64,000 nucleotides of DNA. Origin: Massalongia carnosa (lineage: Eukaryota). The position numbers were made by a program, and so were the translations under genes. Of the stretch, positions 12,563-23,163 are shown in pieces. The DNA lies in the NCBI GenBank assembly GCA_965645245.1, contig OZ287073.1, positions 806,001 through 870,000 on the forward strand, written 5' to 3'. A model generated the notes under the pieces. The model did no database searches. It worked only from the letters and a program-made list of their open reading frames with translations, and was not told where the DNA came from. Each line of letters begins with the position of its first letter. The first letter of the stretch is position 1.

Positions 12563-12712
12563 TCTGGATCTTCCAAACCTTAAACTGAGCCTTTAAGCGA
12601 GCGACCCTTACGTATCCCTACCCGTTCGGGACGGTCCGTTCCCCCAGCGAAAATCATTTCAAATTAGGACTAGCTATAAGCCACCTCCCTATACTAAATA
12701 ATTAAGTGCATA

Positions 12713-15369
12713 CCGAATTATTTGCCAGACAAAACCCTGGTCTTATGGGTCAATTGATCGCCCGGAGGTCATTTGGGACAGTTTTAAGGGCTATAGGGTC
12801 TTTCATATAGGGGGGTTTAATGGGCGAGGTAGCATTAGTCAGCCCCTATAAGCACGTACTAAACCTGCATGCGTTTTTGATCTACGTTTTTGACTCAGTT
12901 CATCAGCAATTCATAAACTTCTTGTTATTATGGCTCCTCCTCATACTCAGAATCTTCTGCAGGCTTCAAAACAGCCTCGTCCTGGGCTAGCTGTGAAGTC
13001 TTCAAGTCTTCGTAGCATAAATCAGGCCCGAATTCCAAAGAACGTGTATATTCAGCCTTCCATGCTCACCGTACCGACCTCTTTTTCTGGCGATCAGGAG
13101 GCTCAGATTCTGGAACAGTTTCGTCTTCATCGCGAGGGGGAAGGTCACAATTTAATCGACAATGCTCCCGATGACGAGGATGAGGTACGACGACGTATTT
13201 CCTACACCAGAGAGCAGAAATTAGCTGCTGTTAGTTATGCAGAGACTACCTGGAAGCAGCAAAAGGATGGAGGTTTAAAACTCATCAGTAAATATGCTGC
13301 AGCGGCGAATCTCGGGATTACTGCTACTATGTTAAGATAGTGGATTAAAACGAAGACGCATATTGAAACACTTTCTAGAGGTAGACGAAAAGAAAGTGGA
13401 GGAGGTTCCTGTCAAGAACCTGAGCTGGAAAATAGTCTTTTGAAATTGTCCCAAGAAGCTCGATTAGCTGGGCGTTGTAGGGTGGAGCGATGCTCGGTAA
13501 AAGTAGCGGGGAAGTCAGGTGACAGCCTTTCTTTTAGTTATAGATAGTTCTTAGACATAGAGCAAGCATGCTCGTAGCAACAGCTACAACACATAGCATC
13601 AACAGGCATGAGGCACGAGGCATGAGGCACGAGGCGCGAGGCATACAGTGACCAGTCTAGCTATTGTTTATATTCTATTGTCTTGTTCTTCTCTTGTTTG
13701 TTTGTTCTCTTGCACTCCTAGCAGTAGTGGACCACGCACACCACGCAGTTCATCCTTCCACAGCGTAAAATCAACAAACGTTGGTTTGTTCGTCAAGGAC
13801 GCAAATTGTACGGCGAAATGTATCCTCATAGAGTGCTTAAAGTCACCGATAAGATGACTGAATATAGCCGGTTCAAATTCTCTGATGGCTGGTTTGATGG
13901 GTTTAAACGTCGAACTGGTGTAGCTGTCAGAACTCCAACCAAAAAAGCTCAACAGGTAAATCATTCGTTGAAACAACACGAAACATTTTGACTAACACGA
14001 TTTGATGCAAAGGTACCAGAGAATTTTCGAGCTAATATTGAAAGCTGGTTGCAATTCAATCGTCGCAATTCTCAACTATTTTCACATCAGATTCCTTTGC
14101 ATGGAGGAGGCAGGTATAGAATTTGTGACATTGGCAACATGGATCAAACTCCGATTGCCTACGAGTTTCTTCAGGGTCAGTGCTACGATTTCAAGGGGGC
14201 CAAAACGGTATGGGTGAAAACTCATCGATCTAGCTGGGACTACAGGCAAGCCACATTGATAATATATAATTCTACTGATGGCATCAATCGCTGCAAACCC
14301 TTGCTTATTTTCAAAGGACAAGACGGGCCAAAAAACAGTCGAATTAGAAAAGAGATGATCATGTACGATCTGGGGGTAATTGTGCAGTGGAATATGAAGG
14401 CCTACTGCAATGCGGAAGTCATGATTCGATGGCTAAAACAGCAATACAAATACGCTACTGTGGACTGCATGACACTAATACACGGCGATTTTTATCTTTA
14501 GATGTCTTTTCAGGTCAAAAAACGCAGGAGGTAAATTGAATTCAAATATTATCATAGCTTCATTTAATTAACAAATTTGCAGGTCAAACAAGCCTTTCGT
14601 GATTTAAACATCACGGCTTCTTTTATTCCTTCCGGTTGCACCGGTTATGTGCAGGTTCTCGATGTTGCTATCAATAAACCTCTCAAGACTCGAATTTCCG
14701 AGCTGGCCAACATTCATTACGATGAAAATTTCGAGAGATGGAGCAAAGGATCCTACACAGGAGGTGATCAACGGATTATAGTAATAAAATTGGTGGGTCA
14801 AGCGTGGAGAGAACTACATACGAAACACGCTTCTCTCATTCGTCAAACATTTCGAAAGCTGGGATTATCGCTCGCTATTGACGGTTCAGAAGATGAAGAA
14901 TTGTCAATCAAAGACATACCAAACATTCAGGTGGCTGATTGGACGCTACCCTCTAATCAGTAGGACATTCAGGAGGTACGAGAGCCTGAATCAGACGTGA
15001 ATAGAATGATAAAGTCGGTAGGGGCTGAAAAGGTTGTCTCTGAAGGCATGGAATATGTAATAAAGGATGAATTGGAAGATGACGTGAACGATTAGGAGGC
15101 TGTTTTTGATGTTGAAGAAATAGAACATGTAAGTAGTGGTGGATTGGGTAGGGGGGGATTAAATTTCCGATTCAATTGATTTCTAAGAAAGGATACATAA
15201 GCTTTGGTGACATTTGCATATAAATTTATGTATCTTACCTTTTCATTCAAAAGGACCTGGTTTTATGGGCCAACCCCCCCCTATGATCAGAAATCAGCAA
15301 AGCAGAACAGGGTTTTATGGCCAAGAGGGTCTTAGACTGCAGGGGGGTTTTATCTGTCAAATAATTCGG
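12713..15369 (+). mobile_element. pogo-like (DDE_1/CENP-B-type, DD35D) DNA transposon, defective, with intron-containing transposase
   Basis: TIR CCGAATTATTTG(C/A)CAGA(C/T)AAAACCC with TA on both sides; transposase from ~12930 with FSDGWFDGFKRR, NMDQTP, LDVFSGQ and QVLDV; introns 13956-14012 and 14531-14582; stops and frameshifts. Confidence 0.88.
13476..13762. mobile_element. Solo LTR inserted into the pogo transposase
   Basis: TG...CA termini; GCGT direct repeat on both flanks; removing it restores the reading RLAGRKINKRWFVRQG; internal 7-mer repeats GGCA(T/C)GA. Confidence 0.75.
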
Positions 15370-15371
15370 TA

Positions 15372-15986
15372 TCAATTTGAATCGCGCAGACTTGTTCAAT
15401 CGCTCGATGTAGTCACGAACTGTCAGGGTCCTGGCCTGACCCGACATGCTCTAATAGTCACGGGATAGTGTGACTCGCTTAAGCAGTAGCGCGCGTCGCT
15501 TGACTGGCTAGCGCGCCACGGAAGATTATGTTTAGGATTCAGCGATGATTATTCTTTTCTTTCCTTCCTTGTAGTTAAATTCTAGTTCATAGCTACTGAA
15601 TAATATCAGGGCAAGCTGCCTGACATGAATAGCTTGTTCTTGCTCATTCGTCAGAGCTTTGTTAGTACTGGATCGACTGCTTTTGGAGTTGCCTTCATTT
15701 CATCGTTTTTGAACCGTACGAGCAACGTCAAAAGCTATGGCTGCAGCTCGACAATTAACATAAAATCATCGTGTAACGCGTCAATTGCACTGTTAATTCG
15801 ATCCTCGATAGCTGAATATGAGTTGATCATTATTGTTGAAATAGGTATATGACTATGGCTATACGGATATGTAATAATAAAGGTATGTATGACCGTGATG
15901 TTAAGGATGAAGAGTTGCTAGGTAGTGTTGAATCGCGGTTGCGATTATGGTTATAATGGCTTGTTGGGCTCACTGCCTCATAACGT
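15372..15986 (-). pseudogene. 5' fragment of a Fot1-like transposon (N-terminal HTH region)
   Basis: Degenerate translation IEDRINSAIDALHDD..CRAAAIAFDV..STNKALTNEQEQAI|RDYIERLNKSAR, split by a solo LTR; putative ACGT-starting terminus at 15986. Confidence 0.65.
15421..15625. mobile_element. Solo LTR (205 bp)
   Basis: TGTCAGG...CCTGACA inverted termini; flanks CGAAC / TGAAT (5-bp TSD diverged by transitions); interrupts the Fot1-like reading frame. Confidence 0.8.
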
Positions 15987-16196
15987 GGATGGCGGGTAGT
16001 CTAATCTTCTCTAGGAAGGTTTTAGGTTAGCGTGCTTTGCCCTTTGGTGAAAAGTCTGCTCTTTTCCTTTTAGATAGCTTTATAGTCAATGCGATCACCT
16101 GCAACCAGAGTCTCCTTTTAACTGGTAGCAATCTTTTCCTATTACTAGTCACCCCTTTCTAAGCGAGGTGATCTTATCTTATCCTGGGACTAAGCC

Positions 16197-16355
16197 TAAT
16201 GCGGCATCTACGGAAACCGTAGATGATCTGTCCATCTAGGGCAGCCGTAGGTGCTATGTTCATTGTACTGATAGGTGTTCATTGTGCTGGTAGGAATTGG
16301 ACATTCAACAAATTAACACTCTTCAACACTCGTACAATCTTGCCTAGACGCAACA
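16197..16355. mobile_element. Probable LTR remnant truncating the adjacent transposase
   Basis: Ends ...CGCAACA exactly where the transposase homology stops; the other end reads TAATGCG (possibly a mutated TG start); no TSD found. Confidence 0.4.
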
Positions 16356-17410
16356 TGAACTCCTGATTCACCCGACTCCACCCCTCAAGAATCAACTCCT
16401 CCAGAGATGCATCGTCCCAGTGAGGATATTTTCGTGCTGTTTGATTGGCTGCCAGCAGTTTTCAATAACGGCCAAATCAGGTGAGGAAGCACAGTTGAAA
16501 TAGTGCTTCAAATAATGATCTTCCTTCCATTTTTGACCGCATTTCTCGTTATGCCCGTGCCATGTCCCGAATCTCCATCTTCTTCTAGCACGAAGTCGTC
16601 ACCTCGTTCCAGCCACGGCTTGACAACGGGGTCGAGAATGAAGTCGATGTATACTTGATGAGTCATCTTGCCGTTGCTATTGCCAGGAACGTCGTAGAAG
16701 ATTATATCTGATTTGAAATTATAACCAACAGCGGCCCAGCACTTTTTCTTTTTCTATCTTTCTTAGAAGGCGGATCGCGATGTTGTATGCAGTCCCAACG
16801 ATATCGCATGCCAGGCTGACGAATGATTTGTAATTGTCCTTCAGGCCCATACCCAAAATGTATTTCATCACTGAATCGTACACGATACCAGTCTTCCGAA
16901 TTGGGATATTTAGCTAGCATTATAGTAGAAAAATCTATTCTTCTTTCCATTGATGGATCGGCCAGCCATCCTTTGACACAGGCTAGACATTTGTGATAAT
17001 TCAAAGACGTTTGAAGAGTAATCATCATCGTACGACTTGTGACCTCGGCCCCGACTTCAATGGCCAACTGCTCCCAAGTGTAGCGTCTTCCCTCCAACTG
17101 CAGCTCCTCATCTTGTAGAATTTGATGTGCCTCAGCTATCTGATCTTCAGTGACCTTGCGTTTTCGGCCTCGCGTTTCGATGAAATCTGAATGATGATGT
17201 GTACGAGAAGAAGCTCCGCTCTGAAGCATTTCCTGGCCCGAGCGCTCCGAAACTCCAAATTCTTTGAAAATATTTCGTGGATCGAATGACGGGTGTATCA
17301 TAGTGAATTTTTCGTTGTCGAGGCATGACTAATGAATGATGATAGGTAAAAGGGATAAATTTTAATGGGTAAACTCGCTTACACGGCGAGTTTTTTCTTT
17401 GCCCCGCGTG
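16356..17410 (-). mobile_element. Second, diverged Tc1-like CACGC-terminus element, 3'-truncated
   Basis: Transposase clearly paralogous to 11072-12180 ([38 protein letters not shown]); ATG at 17326; terminus CACGCGGGGCAAAGAAAAAACTCGCCGTGTAAGCGAGTTTACCCATTAAAAT at 17410. Confidence 0.88.
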
Positions 17411-17630
17411 CTAGTCAATTACGTTCGTTAAATATAGAAAAAGGGCAAACTCCCCCCCTTCGCGGGAGAGGTTCTTCTTCGTTTTTTAATAAAGAAAAAA
17501 CAACTAGAAATTCGTTGATTTACTACCATTTTGTCGACTTACTCCAGCTGCGCCGATAGAGGGAAAAAACGTGCGGTGAGCGGCCGCCAAGAACAACAAA
17601 GGTGCTTGTACCTAAGGTAGGTGGCAGGCA

Positions 17631-18565
17631 ATGCCTCAAAACCTGGTCTACCCGAAGCTGGCGCAAAACACTGTGCATCGCTATAATCATCGTGGTAGGT
17701 AAGCCCCCGTTTCCCCCTTACCCCCTCTCCAGGCTACAATAAAGGCAGCCCCATCCATCCAGCATTTTCCCTCCCAAGTTAACGCTCCATCCCCCCCCCC
17801 GCTCCCGTCCTAGCCACCTACGATGTGCGCGCCATCCACTCCATCGTCAACAGCACCAAAGTCCTACACGTCTCATTCAACGCGGGGGATCCGGTCGAGG
17901 ACGACTTTCCCAGCATCCTCCCCATGATCGGGCAAATGGGGTCTTTCGACTACCCCAGCGCCGACCTCGGGGACCCCCTCGACTGCTACCTGCACGGCTA
18001 CGTTAGCTCTCGCATGATTAAGCTAGCGCGCAGCGGGGCGGTGGAAGGAGAGGGCCTGCCGGTCTCCATCGCGGCGACGAAGGTGGACGGCTTGGTGCTG
18101 AGCCTGACGCCGAACTCGCACAGCTACAACTATCGCTCGGCGGTGCTGTTCGGGCACGCGAGGCTAGTGACGAGCGACGAGGAAAAGACGTGGGCGATGC
18201 GGCTGATCACCGAATCCGTGGTGCCGGGCCGGTGGGAGCAGACGCGTGTGCCGCCGGACGGGGCCGAGATGGCGTCGACCTCCATCCTGAGGGTGAAGAT
18301 CGTGAGCGGGAGCGGAAAGATCCGAGATGGGGGCCCGGGGGACGATAGGAAGGATTTGGAGAGGGACGATGTGACCGCGAGAGTGTGGACAGGCGTGGTG
18401 CCGGTGTGGGAGACGCTTGGTGAGCCAATTCCTGGCGAGACGAACCAAGTGGAGGTCGTGCCCCAGCATGTAACTGGGTTCCGGACAAAAGAGAACGAGA
18501 AGAACGAAAAGTATGCGAAGCAGGCGGTGGCTGTGGTGTTGCCGAAGCAAGAAGCGCCAAAATGA
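17631..18565 (+). CDS. Flavin-nucleotide-binding protein (pyridoxamine 5'-phosphate oxidase-like split barrel)
   Basis: Exon 17631-17694, intron 17695-17813; motifs YLHGYVSSRM, DGLVLSLTPNSHSYNYRSAVLFG, KIRDGGP, VWTGVVP. Confidence 0.9.
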
Positions 18566-19026
18566 GCTATGTTCGATGAAACCAGTCAGAGCGAAGGTAT
18601 TTTATACGCAGCGAGCTTGTTAGATTGGACATCGCTTGATCAACGACGAGATATTGCAGAGAAAAAAAGCAGTGCTTTAATATAAAACCCTTAAGCGTAG
18701 GAGGAAATGAGAGAGCAACAACATCTGTTATTGCTGAGTAGTTCTGTTCTGTGAGTGTAATACTTAGCACATGAGATGCAGACCAGCCAGTCTGGAGCCA
18801 TGGTCAGGAGGAGTTACTGTAGAGTTGTTCAAAGATAGCGAATGCTTCCGCTGAAGTCACAGAAGCTCCAACCCTACCATATAATACGTTTTAGCATCCG
18901 TAAGGAATCGCAAGCCTAGATTCTAATGATAGTTTCGTGGAACCCACCAGCAGAGGAACTTGCATTTAACCACTCCCCTTTCAAATGAAGTCTATTAAGG
19001 GGCGAGTCTTTCTGCAAGAGACTTTG

Positions 19027-19626
19027 CTAGCGCAGTGAATCTACAGACAAAGCCTTCGCGACCAAGCTCCTAGCATGGTCAGACATGGCGATCTGAAGGG
19101 CAAGCTCGTGTCCCTTTTCCGACATCTTGCCCCACGTTTTCCTTAAAATAGCCACAATCTTCTCCTCGTCGTGGCCCTTCCCGAACTCCTCCAACTGATC
19201 GTCTAGAAACACCAAGCACGCCACATCCTCGAGCACTTGCGTCTCCTCGTCCCTCTTGAGATTTTCCTTCCGGATCAAAGCAGCCACGCGATCGGCATCT
19301 TCGTCCGCGACCCCGCCATCTCGGCACAGCTGATGCGCCAGCTCGGCCTGGCGCTTTTTCAGGTACGTTCGCCACGCAAGGTAGCCTGGTTTGGTCGGGG
19401 GGTAGGAGGCGCGTGGGATCTCCCACCGTCGGAGGTGCTGGGCGCGAATGGCGAGGCGCAATGTTGGGGGAGCGTTCGGGTAGCGTTTTTCCAGGTAGTT
19501 GCTCATCCTTTGGCTGTAATGGAGCTCATAGGGCTGGTTTTCGCCGTTGATGACGATCCTGTTTGGATCTTGCGCGTGTGCTGCATCAATCAACAGCATG
19601 GCTAAGTCGAAAGTCGCAGGAGCCAT
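19027..19626 (-). CDS. DUF4202-family protein (199 aa)
   Basis: IDAAHAQDP, PYELHY, LAIRAQHLRRWEIPR, LEDVACLVFL, ILRKTWGKMS; intronless. Confidence 0.85.
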   Translation of the reverse strand: MAPATFDLAMLLIDAAHAQDPNRIVINGENQPYELHYSQRMSNYLEKRYPNAPPTLRLAIRAQHLRRWEIPRASYPPTKPGYLAWRTYLKKRQAELAHQLCRDGGVADEDADRVAALIRKENLKRDEETQVLEDVACLVFLDDQLEEFGKGHDEEKIVAILRKTWGKMSEKGHELALQIAMSDHARSLVAKALSVDSLR

Positions 19627-19990
19627 CTTATTCGTAAAAGAATGGCCTTTGAATATAGAAAATGTACTACATGCTACATAATAACCACTTCGTCTCTCGG
19701 TATAGTTGCCGAATTGGGGTGGAGTTTCTAGCCCTACCACGGGAAACCAAAATCCCCCACTACCCGCGAGTTCGCGAACGCCCAAGCCTCGGAAGGATTC
19801 CAAACTCCATCGCCTTTTTCTTGATACGTACAGACTACCTTGTACATAGCGAAAATTTCTCATCCTTCCCACAGCACTCTAAGCGGCTGGTAGTTTGGCA
19901 CGAATCCGAAGTCTGAAACCACCATACCCGTATCTAGGTCGTTCCTGAACGCATAGATTAGCCCTCTATTCACCGACTTCACAGTTCAGC

Positions 19991-20647
19991 ATGGCTTCCA
20001 AAGAGCGCAAAACCCGTCGTGAATATGCCTTTCCATTCCTTCTCTTTGTTCAGGTTTACGAACAAAATTCCTCCCCTTTTTTCTTTCAATATCCCGATCT
20101 TGACTAAACCAGCTTCCCCCTCGCAGCCCTCGAATCCTCTCTCCAAAAGCTCTCCCTTGCCCCATCTCCCAACCTCAGAACATCAAACTCTATTTCCAAG
20201 TCCCAGCCTTCCACCCACGTGGCCGACTCCTGGGAAGAAGAAGCCGCTGCCGCTTCCTCAGGCTCTTCCTCCCCCACCAACTCCCCCCCCCAAACCCCTA
20301 CCACGTCCCTCCCCTCTGCTCCTCCACCTACGCCCGTCACAAGCGTTCACGGCTCCCGTGCCCATGACGACTGGCCGAGCGTGATGCACTTCTCGCACGT
20401 AGCGGTTGCTGGTGGGCCACAGTCGCCGCCCGCATCGACGGGCCTGAAGGCAAGGCCGGAGAAGACGACGGCGGTCGCCGGGAGAATGATCGCGGGGGCG
20501 TTGGGGATGAGGGCACCGACGAAAAGCGAAGAAGGGAGGCAGTATGAGAGGGCGCTGCGGGAGAAGGTGGGGAGAGAAAAGGAGGAAAGGAGGAGGGAGG
20601 AAAAGGAGAGGGAGAGGGCCAAGACGGCGGTTTGGGAAGGTTCGTGA
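19991..20647 (+). CDS. Small fungal hypothetical protein (ADSWEEE...RPEKTTAVAGRMIAGALG...WE)
   Basis: Exon 19991-20018, intron to 20126 (inferred), in frame with ORF 20219-20647; charged C-terminal helix. Confidence 0.7.
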
Positions 20648-21215
20648 AGAGAGGTAGGTATATCTGCTTGTGGTGTTTCGTCTTGCAAGGAGGGAGAAGG
20701 GTATTATAGGCTTAGGTAACAGGATTGAGGGGCGAGACTTGCTGGTTTTCGCGTTGGGTGTTTTTTTGCCAGCGTTGGAATGGAGCATACCATATCAGTG
20801 AGGTTAACATCGAGACACACCTGTAAATGAATATGCTTTAAAAGAGCGCTTGGAGAGAATAGGACATGAATACGAATGTAGCTTGGACGAGTGTATGGAG
20901 TACCACACGGATCTTTCGTTCACTCCACCGGAGGATTAAACTCTAAGCTGACAACGGAAGAGATTAGTTTCTATGAACAGCATTGGCTTTCAGGTGGTTT
21001 CCTTGAGTGTAGCACAGCCATAGGGTATAACATCGGGACCAGAAGGGTCCATCCCAGGACTAAACTTTCGCATTGCTCCTCTTGCACCAACTATCAAGTA
21101 AAGGGTGCCTTGAGATGTCCAACCTAGCAGATCGGTAGTCTTTTCACGCCTTTGACACGTAGCCACCGCCTCATCACTATCATGTAACCACTATGACTTG
21201 ATTACTTGCAGTTGC

Positions 21216-21637
21216 TCAGCATCCTCCAATTTGCTCCTGGTGGACCTCCAAAGTATCCCCGTCTTGCATGTCCAACTATGAACCTTTTGTTAGCCATGTA
21301 GAAAGGACTTTGGAGCCTGCCGAAGCCTCATTTAGGTAACATGAGGTTTGAACGGAGGAATTGCATTGGCACAAAGATGAAGAGAAATAACTTGACGTAC
21401 TGAATCAGGACTATCAGTAGCTTGCACACGGGCACCATCAAATAGAAAGCGGACGGATGAAAGCGTCTTTCCTTGCCGATCGCAAAATGCGTTCATGAGT
21501 TTTGAAAGTGCCGTGGTGCGTTTGATCTTAAAGAAGACTTCGTTGTTGTTGTCCGTTACTTTAATGTTTAGATGCTCTGACTTGGGCTGCTCCTCCGAAT
21601 TTCCTCCACCACGGGGGGACTGTTCACGATCCGACAT
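21216..21637 (-). CDS. SMT3: SUMO (ubiquitin-like protein Smt3)
   Basis: EHLNIKVTDNNNEVFFKIKRTT...VRFLFDG; intron 21276-21400; exon 2 LDMQDGDTLEVHQEQIGG-C with di-Gly. Confidence 0.97.
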
Positions 21638-23163
21638 TGTGTGCGCGATGGCTACAGATAATAGTGGTAGCACTGGGTAGCTAGGGTTGAGGAAAGTGCC
21701 CGTAAAAGTCCAAAGTTTGCTGTGCTTAGCAACTTGAGATTGAGGCTGTGGGATCTTGTTAGCTATGCGCCTTATCAGAGTCAAGTGAATTACAGAGAGA
21801 TTTTGTGTCGGAATGAAATCATTGCTCACCTGAATGCGTCCAAGATCGTCGAGACAAAAGTGATGTGTAGTAGTAAGACGGGATGGGAATAGCGCAAAGC
21901 TTTTATGAGATGAGGGAAGAGATATTCTACAAGAGGGTGAAGGCAAGAAGGGAAAGCAGGAAGCCGTTGATTGTGAGGGCGAGAGTTCAGACCAGCATGG
22001 GATGAGGTGAGAATACCCCGCCAATCATAAGAGACTTCTAGAGGTTGAACGATTCGTCGCCCAACAAGTCAAAGACATGTGACCTATGTATCAACAATTC
22101 TTTTCGCCTATAGAGTACATCTCATTGGACGAACGGATAGCTGCTGGTACTCTGTACATATCTTGCTCCATTACATACAACGGGCTCTAAGTCTACCTGA
22201 GAGGGTTTGGGGGTGATTCATCCCGATGGTAGCGCTACCAATGTCATTACCTATAGAGTAAGTATAGAATCAACTGACGTTTCATCTTAGGGGTTGGAAG
22301 AAAGTCTACGAGCAGATCCACCATGTCATCCCTTGGCAGTAGGCACCTCATTGTAAAACTTTCCCTCTTTACAAAGCTGACGACAATACAGTGTGATATT
22401 CAAGGTTGGCTCCTAAGAGAATAATTCGGGAGGAGCATCACTCAAACGTTTGATAGATTGTCTTGTAAGGAATTCTTACAAAGAAGAGAAATGCAAGGCC
22501 CAGATAAAAGCTCTGTACAAATGCTGCCATGCCTTTTATCAACGCCAAGGAGAGGCCGCAAGTACCGTCAGCTGTCCTAAAGCGAACCTTCTAAAACTAA
22601 AGATGAAGCAACAAAGCGAGGATGCCTGACTCCATGTCAATACAGCCTAGATGCTAAGACAGCGTTTAGCCTATTCTCTATTTCGACCAACCAATTGGCG
22701 ACAGAATGCATCTTGTTCGAAGTGCTCAGCCCTCTTGTAACATCTCGCTTTTTTATCAAGACCTTCATATCTCGGAAAGATTGGGCCTGTAATTAGAGAG
22801 TGTACTCCGTCTTAGGCGATCGTGAGCACGCAAAGAAACCCTCAAGGGGTCTGAACAAACAATGATGGATACTCCTGTGAGGAGGTCTGTCCCGAGACTC
22901 TAATGACTGCCTGTGAAAACATTGTTTTAAAAGAAATAAATCAAAGATTGAAAACAATGTTCTAAAGAAGGAAGCTTGGATAAGCGAGGTTTGAAAAGCC
23001 TGCGCTTGTGGTAGTCTATGTTCGTAATTTATTATGCCTGTAAACAGACCGCAACGTGATGGTTTAATATCTCCAGTTTGAAGTGTCAAGCTGCAGCATT
23101 CGTAGTCAAGCTGGAGTCTATTCTGCTGATTCGGTTCTTTTTACACTTAGCTCATACGCTATT

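Noticed and set aside
10988..17410. Composite transposon bounded by the two inverted CACGC elements
   Set aside because: The outer flanks differ (CCCAG vs CTAGT), and the left element has its own matching TSD.
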